IMG/VR virus record: IMGVR_UViG_3300037424_000485
Location: 128,001-192,000 of that record
Origin: a virus
Lineage: Duplodnaviria; Caudoviricetes
DNA: 64,000 bases
Reading direction: 5' to 3' (one strand)
The position numbers and the translations under genes are program-made. Positions 45,050 through 55,639 of this stretch are shown here, piece after piece; positions within the stretch are counted from its first letter, which is position 1, and every line of letters starts with the position of its first letter. Under the pieces are notes generated by a model, which had not been told where the DNA came from, searched no databases, and saw only the letters and a list, made by a program, of their open reading frames with translations.

Positions 45050-45562
45050 TTATAATATGGTATGATATTGATATGAAAAAGTTACATCAAATTGTAATGT
45101 ATCTTTATTAGCATAATCAAGTGCTGCTGTTCCTACTACTTTAGGATATGCCCCATGCATGACATATTGGATGTTATTTGAGCTATCGGTATTTAGATGT
45201 GTCATGTTAAGAATACACATATAACTAGCAGGGCTTGCATGTGTATTGTCTGCTGGATTGTGTATATAGTTTACCCAATTTACAAAGTCATAACGAATAA
45301 GTGAGTCTTTATCAACATTAAATGTTACTGTGATATCGTTAAAAGTTTGAGTTGCTGCTAATTTATAAGTCATGCCTTGCCACGGAACAGCTATTTCTTC
45401 TAGATTTGAATCAGGAAGAGATGTTGTTCTAACAAGATAAGGATAACTTTCTTTCCATAGACCTAGAGGCGCATTATCAATTTCAAATTTGAAAAGATAT
45501 CCCCTCGCAAAGTCCTTATATTGACCTAATAAACTGTCTAAATTAAATCCTACATCTGCCAT
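45050..45562 (-). CDS. gp19: tail tube protein gp19-like
   Basis: ARGYLF...LVRTTSLP...VPWQG...TFNDITVTF...W.N...HGAYP..VG..LDY...QFDVTFSY. Confidence 0.9.
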   Translation of the reverse strand: MADVGFNLDSLLGQYKDFARGYLFKFEIDNAPLGLWKESYPYLVRTTSLPDSNLEEIAVPWQGMTYKLAATQTFNDITVTFNVDKDSLIRYDFVNWVNYIHNPADNTHASPASYMCILNMTHLNTDSSNNIQYVMHGAYPKVVGTAALDYANKDTLQFDVTFSYQYHTIL

Positions 45563-45667
45563 TATATTATTCCTCCTAATATCTATCTAATTTATAATAC
45601 ACTTCTTAATAGTGTATTAATTGTTATGCTGCTTCTACTACTCTTATTTATATTTATATTTATAAAA

Positions 45668-46531
45668 TTATTTGCATTTAAGCTGATTATATTTACAGCC
45701 TTCTTGTTTATGCACTGCTTTATGACATTTTTTACATAATGTAATACAATTATCTATATCTGTGCTCTCAATCGGGTTGATTTCTATGCCCTCATAATGG
45801 TGACAGTGTAAGTTTGATACTGAGTCACATTTTTGGCATGTCCAGTTGTCTCTTTCTAAAACTAATTTTCTTAGTTGTGCCTGTACTTCTCTTGTGTATT
45901 TATTGTTCTTATGTCCTTTGGGATATTTTATCCGACCGTAAATATCACAACTACCCTTACATTCTTCAGAGCAATAAAATCTACAATCACCAGCCCCTCC
46001 ATTTATAGATCTTATCCTATGTACCAAATCATTTACTATAGGTATATGCCATTTATTACAATAGGTGCATCTTACTTCTAATATGTTTTCATCATCAGGG
46101 TATCTTCTTGTTTCTTCACAAAAATCTAACTGATGTGAGTATGTATCATATAATGGGATTGTTTTATATCCACCCTTCCACATATAACAATTTTTACCAG
46201 ATTTTTTATGCTTAGTTTCTGACTGAACTTTAATCATTGCTAAACTTCTTTTTTTCTTCGTTTCTTTTGATTTGTTTGTTATTTTTTGTTTATTAGCAGC
46301 ATTTTTCCTTTTCTCTACATCATCACCATAAGGACTTTTATGTTTTATTTGGCAAGATCTAGAACAATAAGTAGAATTTTCTTTTTGTGTTAGATATGGA
46401 TCATTACAATATAGACAGCTTTCATTCTCTGTATAATATGTTATACCGCCTTTTTCTCTATATTGTTTATATAGTTGATCTCTTTCCTTATTATATTTAA
46501 AATCATTAATATTATCCCAACATATTCTCAT
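45668..46531 (-). mobile_element. free-standing HNH homing endonuclease
   Basis: LERDNWTCQKC...LHCHHYE...DNCITLCKKCH; N-terminal MRICWDNI. Confidence 0.8.
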
Positions 46532-46661
46532 ATAAATCTCCTATTTAGATTATTAAAAATAAGAGGTAGATTGATAAAATAGGTATCAATCAGAGATGGC
46601 CATCCTTTTCCCTCTTAATTTATAGCTAGACATTAAACTGTAAGGTTTAATGTCATATCTT

Positions 46662-48389
46662 TTAGACTATATCAGTAAGTTCATCAAATGATGCACCAGT
46701 TTTTGTAGCGATAAAATTTAATATAATAAATTCAGCACTCCTAGTAGGTTTGATAAAAATATTACACCAAAGCTCATTTCTATCCACCCTTTCAGGTGTA
46801 TTTATTGTGTTATCACATACCACTTTGAAATCATATACACCTCTACGAGCTTTAACATCACGTAGGAAAGGTTCAATCATATTAACCAACACTCTACGGG
46901 TAGCAGGATCATTAGGTTCAAATAGGAAGTATTTGGTAGCTGTAGAGATGGCTTTCTCCATAACCATAAATAGTCTTCTAACATTTACTCTGTTGAAGGC
47001 ACTTGACTTGTCAAGCATTGTTTTTTGCCCCCAAGTTACCTTTCCTTGACCAGCAAAAGAAACGATAGAATTGATACCATTACTATAAAGAATGTCTCTT
47101 GCGCCTTGTGAAGGATTCCAAGCTAGTTTTCTAATACCAGTTATAACCCCACGATTAAGACCAGCAGGGGCGAACCAAGGACCAGATACATCATCGGTTT
47201 TAGCATAAATACCAGCAACATAACCAGATGCAGGAACCCATACGTATTTTTTGGTATATCTGTTGTATACTTCAAACCAGTTACCATACAGAGCTGCATA
47301 GCTTGTATTGGCATTAAGAGTCTCACCAGATGCAAGACCCCTTCTCCAATCACGAAGATTTGTTGTCTCACTACCACGTTGATTTATTACATCACTTTCT
47401 TGACAATCTAGAACTACAATGCAGTCTTTTCTTTCTTCTGCAATAACGATCATATAACGCTTAACATCTTCTGGTTTATCAGAGTCAATCAAGATATTAA
47501 TATCTGTTTCTTCTGAGTTTCTATACAGATCAAGAGCATCCATAATATCAGCATTAGAAACCAAATCCCCTTGATTATCAGCACCTGATGAAAAAGTCAT
47601 AAAATTAGATAGTGTAGATGCACTTAATGAAACGCCTATCATTGACGGATCAAGCTTCATTCTAATATATTTTGAATTTTCATTGATAACATTCTCTACG
47701 AATTTAGAAGCACCTTGATCATCAATAGCAAGCTCTAGTGTAGATACGTTCCAGATTTCCTTAGTAACATAGTTTGTTTTTCCTTGATCTTTATACTGAA
47801 CCATAAGCAAGAAGTCTGTATCTTCTTCAAGACGGTCATCAACACTAAGCCATGCAGAACTTGTATTGAAAGATTCATAGGCAACACCACCTGTTAAAAT
47901 AGATGTCTGTGATGTTCTATCAAGTAATGAAATTCTTACATTATTACCCCAAGCACCTCTGGAATTTGCAATAAAGTACATATCCGCACCAGTAAGTCCT
48001 TCAGTATGGAATTGATCAGGATCTTCGCTTGTAAGATCTGATAGCTTATAAGCTGATGATACTTCTGGTGTTCCAGTCCATGAATCATTATTAATGCTAC
48101 CACCAGCAAATGTTGCAGATGCTGGCATAACTCTAGTTGCATAAAGTTTGTTTCCATATTTTAGAAATGCTTCTGCTGATAGCATATCTCTATAACAATC
48201 AGAATTAGTGGTAGGATCTCCAAAAGCAATTACTAATTCATCTTTATTTGAAACAAAAGTTTGTTTAAGTTCAGATCCTTTATATGTATTTCTAACAATA
48301 ATTGCGCCTATTGAAGTAGCCACCGCAGGAATTGTAGTAGATACATCGACTTCATTTACATCAACTAATGGGCTTAAATAGAATGCCAT
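46662..48389 (-). CDS. gp18: tail sheath protein gp18-like
   Basis: MAFYLSPLVDVNEVD; WFAPAGLNRG; GQKT...SAFNRVNVRRLF; RNELWCNIFIKPTRSAEFI. Confidence 0.95.
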   Translation of the reverse strand: MAFYLSPLVDVNEVDVSTTIPAVATSIGAIIVRNTYKGSELKQTFVSNKDELVIAFGDPTTNSDCYRDMLSAEAFLKYGNKLYATRVMPASATFAGGSINNDSWTGTPEVSSAYKLSDLTSEDPDQFHTEGLTGADMYFIANSRGAWGNNVRISLLDRTSQTSILTGGVAYESFNTSSAWLSVDDRLEEDTDFLLMVQYKDQGKTNYVTKEIWNVSTLELAIDDQGASKFVENVINENSKYIRMKLDPSMIGVSLSASTLSNFMTFSSGADNQGDLVSNADIMDALDLYRNSEETDINILIDSDKPEDVKRYMIVIAEERKDCIVVLDCQESDVINQRGSETTNLRDWRRGLASGETLNANTSYAALYGNWFEVYNRYTKKYVWVPASGYVAGIYAKTDDVSGPWFAPAGLNRGVITGIRKLAWNPSQGARDILYSNGINSIVSFAGQGKVTWGQKTMLDKSSAFNRVNVRRLFMVMEKAISTATKYFLFEPNDPATRRVLVNMIEPFLRDVKARRGVYDFKVVCDNTINTPERVDRNELWCNIFIKPTRSAEFIILNFIATKTGASFDELTDIV

Positions 48390-48437
48390 GTGTTTTCTCC
48401 TTAATATTGCCTATCTAAGATTCATAAATAGGTCTTT

Positions 48438-49295
48438 TTATTTACATCTAAGCTGATTATATTTACAGCCATCTTGTTTATGTACTTCTTTATGACACTT
48501 TTTACATAATGTAATACAATTGTCTATATCAGCACTTTCAATAGGATTTATTTCGATACCCTCAAAGTGATGACAGTGTAGTTCTTTTGATGAGTTACAC
48601 TTCTGACATGTCCAATTGTCACGTTCAAATACTATATTTCTTAAATCTGGTTGATCTTTTCTTATTTTTATATCAACATTATTATTTATTAAAGTTGTTA
48701 TATGTTTTCCAAAAACATAACACTTTTGTCTACATTCATCAGAACAGTAAAACAGTCTATTTTCTTTATTTCCTTTAATAGTCTGTACTCTATTATCAAC
48801 AAGTGATCTCGATGGGATAAACCATTTATTACATTTGTTATGATAGCACCTTACTTCTAATATATTTTCATCATCAGGACATCTTCTTGTTTCTTCATAT
48901 GGCTCTAACTTATGTGAATAAGAGTCGTAATATACATATTCACACCCACCTTTAAATCCAATACCTAATTTACTACTACTTATTTTTCTTCTATGCTCTT
49001 TGGAAAGTTTTCTATTATAATTACCGTTTTTATAGCCAGACAACATACCCTTCATTATATTACTGTGATTGTTTTTAAATTCCTCTGTATGTTCTCTACC
49101 ATAAAAAGGGTTTCCATCACCTTCAAAATACTCTTTCTTACAATCATTAGAACAGTATGAATTGTTATTTCTTGAGCTTATATATAGCTCTTCACATATA
49201 GTACATTCACACAAATATCTTGTTTTATTATTGACAAGAAAATTGCCTCTTAAAGATAAACTTAATGTATCTATATTATCCCAACATAGTTTCAT
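48438..49295 (-). mobile_element. free-standing HNH homing endonuclease with NUMOD3-like motifs
   Basis: GNPFYGREHTEE, FERDNWTCQKC...LHCHHFE; paralogue of 45668..46531. Confidence 0.8.
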
Positions 49296-49798
49296 GGTGT
49301 TTCGATTTCATATCGATCATACATGAAATTCACACTTGAAGCTAAATTCACCTCACCTTCTCTGTAAGACATTGATATCTCTCCTAACATACTAGGCCAT
49401 ACGTTTTTAAAATTTATTGTCATTATAGATTCTCGCATGTTGTTTAATATATTTAAACTTGCATCAACAACATAATCTGGCCTATCACGACCATATCTAT
49501 CTTTGTTATTATTTATATAATTTATCCAATTATATAATATTTTCCAGTTATCAAAATTATCATCAATAAGAAAATTTACATACCAAGGCTCGTATGATAT
49601 CCCACCAGAGTCCCAATTGGCCTTACCACCCATCCAATTTTGCTCTCTTGTATCTAGCGTTATTGTTGGGAGAACAGATGAAAAAACATTCATTGATAAA
49701 CTATTAGATTCTTTCAGACTTCCTAGATTAGGTAGCACAGGAAATAATAATTCAAAATTCTCTGGTGATGATTTATTTAAATTTGTAATATTTGCCAT
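49292..49798 (-). CDS. gp3: tail completion protein gp3-like
   Basis: NFEL...NVFSSVLPTITL...YEPWYVNFLIDDNFDNWKILYNWI. Confidence 0.8.
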   Translation of the reverse strand: MANITNLNKSSPENFELLFPVLPNLGSLKESNSLSMNVFSSVLPTITLDTREQNWMGGKANWDSGGISYEPWYVNFLIDDNFDNWKILYNWINYINNNKDRYGRDRPDYVVDASLNILNNMRESIMTINFKNVWPSMLGEISMSYREGEVNLASSVNFMYDRYEIETP

Positions 49799-49815
49799 AT
49801 TATTATTTATATATT

Positions 49816-50046
49816 TTATTTTTCATCAATTGCTAATTGATTAATCCATGAATCATAAACTACTAAATTTCCAAATTTCTGATTCTCTCCCAAAACAGGT
49901 ATATTGACAGGCAGCCATCCATATTCTTTCAGTATATGATTTGACTGTCTGTCAAAATTAATAATACCATTATGACTACGTGGTGGATTGCAAGGCCCTT
50001 TAACAATTTTATCTTCTTTCACTAAACAATATAACGTATCTTCCAT
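49816..50046 (-). CDS. hypothetical protein
   Basis: ORF with AAGGA RBS. Confidence 0.6.
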   Translation of the reverse strand: MEDTLYCLVKEDKIVKGPCNPPRSHNGIINFDRQSNHILKEYGWLPVNIPVLGENQKFGNLVVYDSWINQLAIDEK

Positions 50047-50055
50047 GTATGTTCC

Positions 50056-51933
50056 TTATTCGTATATTACTGCTATCTTTGATGTAGTTACAACAATAGT
50101 AAGTCCATTACTATAAGGTGCATTAAAATCTAATGTACCTAAAGCCTTTGCTGTATCAATAATAGCAATTAATGTTCCAGATGCTGTTATACTATCATAA
50201 ATAGTTACAACACCAGCATTGTCTAAATTAATTACTCTTTGTAAAACACCAGCACTATTTTTAAGTGTATATGTACCAGGAGTGCCTAAATATCTATATT
50301 TAGGATTTGCTGTTAAGTTTCCTAATCTAATAATAGATGCCATTCTTACATCCATTGTATTAACAGTTGTATTTCCATTGATATTATTATTTTCAAATCT
50401 AATAGTGAGATTTAAAGTATTAGTAGTTGTTGTCATATTATTCAAAGTATGTAGTAAAACATCATTAATAAAGAAATTTACATAATAAGAACTATATTCT
50501 ATAACTAATCTTTTTATATTTGTATCCATAGTGACAACAGAACCCCAATTTCCATTAAAATTTCCTGTTGTTACTACTGTATCAACACCACCTTTTCTAC
50601 TAACAACCTCTAATAGCAGTCCATTAATCTGAAAGAAAAAACCATTGTTATCATCAAACGCACCGGCTTTTCTTATATTATTAACATCTGGTGACGTTCC
50701 TAATCTTGATATAGATCTAAATTGATTCACAACCCCTGATATTTTTCTAGCTCTATCATTAGTTTCATATCTTATTGTTGAGTTTGAGGTAGCACCTGTT
50801 GATAGTGTTATTTGACCACTCTGTGTAACAGACCCCGTTCCAACTATAGTCTCTGTCCAAAAATTGGTATCTTTAGTTGTATCATTAAATGAAGATCCTA
50901 TCAATCTAACAGGTGTTGTTGTTTTTAATGTGCCTAATACATCAACCTCTGCTTTTATTCCGGTTTCTTCATTTACAATACCAGAACTTGTTTTTAATCT
51001 TCCCCTGTTGTTTAGTGTCCTAGGTAATGACGAAACAATTGGTGCTAATATACCTTGTAGTCTGAAATAGGTAGTTGCTATTGCTGAATCTAGAACTACC
51101 CTAATTTTCCAATATGACGAAACAGCCTGTACAGTATCACCCGTACCACCATTAATATAATAGTATTGAAAACTATCTACAATATCCCAATTAATACCAT
51201 CAGTAGATTGTTCTATATATACCATTGCATTTACATCAGTTTTTAGATTCCACTGAATAGCACCAACACCAAGAGTAGTTGTAGCTGTTCCATTAAATGT
51301 ATATGAATTTCCTGCATCTAGATTAACTGTACTTGAGTTATTAGGATCAACATATATTTTTTGCACAACGGCTGATGCTAAACTATATCCTCCGTCTACA
51401 GAAGGTGTTATGTCAACATTTGCATATCCATCCCCAATTACCTTTCCTGATATAATAGATCTTGTTGTTTTTGCTGTTGAAGAATCTGTTAATATTTCTC
51501 CTATAGGAATATATACAGAACCTCTTTCATATTCACTATTGATAGTTTGTAATCTAAGAAATGTTTGATCAGTAATAGATGTATTTGTTAACACTATTCT
51601 GATGTATTTTGACCTGGGTGATATTGCAAAGAATAGAGATCCATCAGTTAATGGATGTACAAAAGTTCTATCAATATTCACACCATCTGATGAATTTTGA
51701 AAATAGCAATTTCCTGACAATGCATCTGTTATAATATTAACATTAATAGAACCAAAATTTAATACATCTTCCCATTCTCCTATGAATGTCTCACCAGCCG
51801 TTAAAGGAACTGTTGATGAATTAACAGTAGAAACTTCATTATTAATATTTTCTGTAACTACTGGTAATGGATTGCTCAGACCTATCTCAACTCCATCTTC
51901 ATCTTTTATTTTTGTTGATTGAAAATCTGCCAT
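50056..51933 (-). CDS. beta-rich virion structural protein
   Basis: 625-aa Thr/Val/Asn-rich ORF in the neck module; internal duplication (VSTVNSSTVPL / VDPNNSSTVNL). Confidence 0.7.
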   Translation of the reverse strand: MADFQSTKIKDEDGVEIGLSNPLPVVTENINNEVSTVNSSTVPLTAGETFIGEWEDVLNFGSINVNIITDALSGNCYFQNSSDGVNIDRTFVHPLTDGSLFFAISPRSKYIRIVLTNTSITDQTFLRLQTINSEYERGSVYIPIGEILTDSSTAKTTRSIISGKVIGDGYANVDITPSVDGGYSLASAVVQKIYVDPNNSSTVNLDAGNSYTFNGTATTTLGVGAIQWNLKTDVNAMVYIEQSTDGINWDIVDSFQYYYINGGTGDTVQAVSSYWKIRVVLDSAIATTYFRLQGILAPIVSSLPRTLNNRGRLKTSSGIVNEETGIKAEVDVLGTLKTTTPVRLIGSSFNDTTKDTNFWTETIVGTGSVTQSGQITLSTGATSNSTIRYETNDRARKISGVVNQFRSISRLGTSPDVNNIRKAGAFDDNNGFFFQINGLLLEVVSRKGGVDTVVTTGNFNGNWGSVVTMDTNIKRLVIEYSSYYVNFFINDVLLHTLNNMTTTTNTLNLTIRFENNNINGNTTVNTMDVRMASIIRLGNLTANPKYRYLGTPGTYTLKNSAGVLQRVINLDNAGVVTIYDSITASGTLIAIIDTAKALGTLDFNAPYSNGLTIVVTTSKIAVIYE

Positions 51934-52547
51934 TATGAACCTCTTATCCAGTTGATATTATTACTATAAATTACAATAGAATCCCATTGACTAGTAAGGA
52001 CTATATTTGAGTCACCGCTTATGGTTTCTACACCATTTGGAGTTATTGTTACATTCCCAGCTCCTGTTCTAATTATATTATATCTTTTACCTAACAGACC
52101 AACAGCTGTTGGTAGTGTTATATCAGTAAGATCATTTGCTTCTACTATATCATATGTATAATCAAGTAAAACACTCCCAGAAACAATACTATAATTAGAT
52201 GCTACTGCATTTTCTGCAATATCTGCCCAATATGCAGCACTTACCATATAACCAGATGTGGCAATAGAATAATTATAGGTACTGTCTAATAGATTAGCAG
52301 CACTTACCATATAACCAGATGTGGCAATAGAATAATTATATGCCGCTTCTGCTGCACTAACAGATGTACTCATGGCATCTGTTATTGCAGTAGCTACCAT
52401 AGGTGCTATATTAACTGCTAGAACTGTAGCCTTAATATGCCTCCCAGAATCATCAGGCTGTTCTCTAGTATCAATAACAGGAATTAATAAATCGTCCCTT
52501 ATTATTGTTATCTCTGGTGATGAAGATATTCTTTTTCTATTTGCCAT
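51933..52547 (-). CDS. fibre-like structural protein
   Basis: YNYSIATSGYMVSAA x2; ITLPTAVG..G.RYNI...G..TI C-terminal module. Confidence 0.65.
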   Translation of the reverse strand: MANRKRISSSPEITIIRDDLLIPVIDTREQPDDSGRHIKATVLAVNIAPMVATAITDAMSTSVSAAEAAYNYSIATSGYMVSAANLLDSTYNYSIATSGYMVSAAYWADIAENAVASNYSIVSGSVLLDYTYDIVEANDLTDITLPTAVGLLGKRYNIIRTGAGNVTITPNGVETISGDSNIVLTSQWDSIVIYSNNINWIRGS

Positions 52548-52559
52548 TATATTAATTCC

Positions 52560-53477
52560 TTATTCATATACTATTGGAGTGCCATCATCCCATGTTATAG
52601 TAAATTCATTACCACTAACACCCATTGATAAAAGATAATCAATAATCTCAGGTTCTGTAAATATTTCATAATCTGATAGAACATTACCATCATTATCATA
52701 CTTAACAGCACTTGTAGCCCATGTTAATATCTCTTCACTATCATGCCCTATACCACTTAATTGCTCTGTTGTTGTATCTGTAGAGTGTGACCATGCCTCA
52801 TCTGAGGTATATATTTTTTGTACTACTGTGAGAACATTACTATCAAGCTTAGTATTGGTGAATAGATATCCATCAACTTTAAATTGTAGATTCCATAATA
52901 GTGCTCTATAATTAGCTTCTTCTATATCAACAGATGTCTCTTGGCTAGAACTTTCAAGTATGGTTTTTAATTCAAGAGTTTTAGCACCTTGCTCTTGAGT
53001 AGCACTATCAGTGTTTATATTCAGTTCAGGGATTGTAATTCTTACATAATTTGTTGGTGTGAAATATGGTAAGATCTGCTCAAGGATCTGTGTTAATTCA
53101 ATTATATACTTAGCGGCTATCTTAACCTCGAAAGTATATGTAAAAGGCTCTGGATTTGTATATCTAAACGTTTGATTTAGCGTCCTTAATGCCTCTACTT
53201 GAAAATGCTTGCTGGTCTTTCTCTCACTATTATATTCAACATTGACCATTTGAACAGAGATGATAGGTAGTATTTTATCTCTAACACGCCTACCTTCACT
53301 ATCAGTCTTTTCTATCCAGTACCATTGTTTGGATTTTGGAGCCAGCTTAACAGGAACTTTTACATATTTTGTAATATTCCCATTTTTATCATACTTAGCA
53401 ATCTTAATATCATTAAACATATCAAGAAATTGTATGATAGTCTTACGCATGATGTTGAAAAAATAATGTGTTTTCAT
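52560..53477 (-). CDS. gp15: tail terminator / sheath stabiliser gp15-like
   Basis: RKTIIQF..MFNDIKI..KVPVKLAPK..LPIIS..QILEQILPYFTP. Confidence 0.9.
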   Translation of the reverse strand: MKTHYFFNIMRKTIIQFLDMFNDIKIAKYDKNGNITKYVKVPVKLAPKSKQWYWIEKTDSEGRRVRDKILPIISVQMVNVEYNSERKTSKHFQVEALRTLNQTFRYTNPEPFTYTFEVKIAAKYIIELTQILEQILPYFTPTNYVRITIPELNINTDSATQEQGAKTLELKTILESSSQETSVDIEEANYRALLWNLQFKVDGYLFTNTKLDSNVLTVVQKIYTSDEAWSHSTDTTTEQLSGIGHDSEEILTWATSAVKYDNDGNVLSDYEIFTEPEIIDYLLSMGVSGNEFTITWDDGTPIVYE

Positions 53478-53483
53478 ATTACT

Positions 53484-53687
53484 TTATTTCTTATTCATTG
53501 CATGTTTTAGTGCATCTATAGCATTACTGCCTCTTATAGAAAGAAGAGTATCTAGAGCCTTTTTATAATCTTTTGCATTTTTAGCAGTTAATACAGCATT
53601 ATATAGAGGATCTTCCCTAAACTCTATAGGAATGTCCTTATATGATGGAGCCTCTTTTAACAAGTATTTTTCATATGTTAATTTCAT
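53484..53687 (-). CDS. small hypothetical late protein
   Basis: MKLTYEKYLLKEA; AGGA RBS. Confidence 0.65.
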   Translation of the reverse strand: MKLTYEKYLLKEAPSYKDIPIEFREDPLYNAVLTAKNAKDYKKALDTLLSIRGSNAIDALKHAMNKK

Positions 53688-53692
53688 TTTTA

Positions 53693-54029
53693 TTATCCTA
53701 TAGCCTTTCTGATACCATTTTCATCAGTGGTTATATAATCCATACCACTCAATTCACTCTTCATAACATTTTGAAGTACAGTTGTAGTTGATGAATACTT
53801 ATCTACATTCAGATAAATCTTTCCACTTTTATATCTATAAAGAATAGGTGTTTCATAATTAACCATACTCCATCCATTTACTTCCTTGTTTATTTTAAGA
53901 TTTTTAGTTCCCCAATTAGGCATTTTATTTTTTTGGAAATTCATCACCAATAAACATATTAATAACCTCTTGATTTGTGGCTTCATTTACTAAATATTTC
54001 TCAATCTTATCTTCTATTTTCATGTTCAT
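53693..54029 (-). CDS. 111-aa gene interrupted by one extra base in an A7 run (or two coupled ORFs)
   Basis: MNMKIEDKIEKYLVNEA...GDEFPKK* (54029..53925) continues in +1 frame as NKMPNWGTKNLKI... Confidence 0.55.
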
Positions 54030-54032
54030 TTC

Positions 54033-54740
54033 TTACCTTCCAAATATTTTTTCATCAATAGATGAGTAATCATCTATTGCATCACTTTCTTCTTCAATAT
54101 ACTCATTGTCTCCATATTCCAATAATTCATCATATATAGGTGTTCCATCTGCCGCACTGCTGGTAGCTGTAAGTGTTGCTGTTGGGTCTAATTTATGCAA
54201 TCTGTATGCCTCTAGTGACTCACTGCTATATCTGAAAGGTCTAAGTATTAATTCCCAAATCAGCTTCTTAGCTTGAAAGATTTGCTGTTCCGCCCCCACA
54301 TTCACTACCTCATACTTCCTGTTATTCCATTTAGTATGAATTACCATTCCTGGTATAGGGTGAAGATTACCAGCACTTAATGATGGTATTGATAAAAATG
54401 TATCTGTACAGTCCCTTGCAAACATAGTCTTAGGAATGACAGCATATTGTAGTGTCTCATCACTGGTAATACCAAAAGACTCAAGTATACTTGTTTCTTC
54501 TGTTGGTTCATATATTAGTTTTGTAGTGATAGCATTTGATAGATTTGTATTTGGATCTTCACCATATAATTTATCCCAGCTAACAATAGGAAAATATATA
54601 TCGATTTCAAATCCGACAACATCCGTAAATTCATTAATAAATGAGTCATATAGATAATGCTCTGGATTGTCTGATGAAATATCATAAAGCCTCCAAAGTG
54701 GTGTTCCTGCTAAAGCATTTTTAACTGTTTCTATTGACAT
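54033..54740 (-). CDS. gp14: neck protein gp14-like
   Basis: EFTDVVG..I.IYFP..D.LYGEDP...SFGITSDET...PGMVI...YEVVNV. Confidence 0.85.
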   Translation of the reverse strand: MSIETVKNALAGTPLWRLYDISSDNPEHYLYDSFINEFTDVVGFEIDIYFPIVSWDKLYGEDPNTNLSNAITTKLIYEPTEETSILESFGITSDETLQYAVIPKTMFARDCTDTFLSIPSLSAGNLHPIPGMVIHTKWNNRKYEVVNVGAEQQIFQAKKLIWELILRPFRYSSESLEAYRLHKLDPTATLTATSSAADGTPIYDELLEYGDNEYIEEESDAIDDYSSIDEKIFGR

Positions 54741-55611
54741 CTATAAAATCCTCAATCTTATCAAAACAGCAATATTTATTATTAATCCAATCACTTTCAT
54801 TAATAACCAATAAATCTATTCCTTTTTCTTGACATTGTTTTATTTTTATTATATCTTTTTCTTTTATCATATCTAGAGAATGCCAATACTCACCATTAAA
54901 TTCTATAGCTTTATTTAAAGATGGTATCCATATATCTAATTCAAGATTAAAACCTGTTTTAGGATTTAATATTTGTGTTCTATCGTTTGGTAAGAATGAT
55001 ATCCTATCTGATAAAAAACTCTGTATTTCTTTCTCTGCCTTAGAAGATGTTTTTTCTCTATCACAATTAGGGCATCTCTTACCTTGTTGAAAATTATACC
55101 ATCTCACCTTGTATTTATGATTATTATTACATTTTATATTTATTGGTGACTGTGCATTTACATATTCTTTGCTTAATAGGATATATCCTTCATTTTCTAT
55201 CTGTTCTTTTACATAATCATATGATAGTTTTTCTCTTCCACAACAAGAAATACATCTCTTACCTTGTTGAAAATTTCCATATGTTATAAGACTTTCATGT
55301 CCTTTGTTGCATTTAACACTTAAAATACTTGTAGTATTTACATATTCTTTGCTTAATAGGACATATCCTTCATTTTCTATCTGTTCTTTTACATAATCAT
55401 ATGATAGTCTTCGTGTGTTATGTGATTTTTCATTACCACAAATTCTACATCTATGTCCTTTTTTAAAAGACCAAAATGTAGGATGATATATATGTCCTTT
55501 ATTACATTTAACTTCTAATTTAGAATTAGATCCTATATAATTTTCTGATAGTAGTTCATATCCTTCATTTTCTATCTGTTCTTTTACAAATTCATATGTA
55601 TCCTTCTTCAT
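54721..55611 (-). mobile_element. free-standing endonuclease gene, paralogue of 36306..37241
   Basis: EQIENEGY.LLS repeats; ELDIWIPSLNKAIEFNGEYWH; start refined to MKKDTYEF. Confidence 0.8.
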
Positions 55612-55639
55612 ATATGTATTTATATAATATCTATAATAA

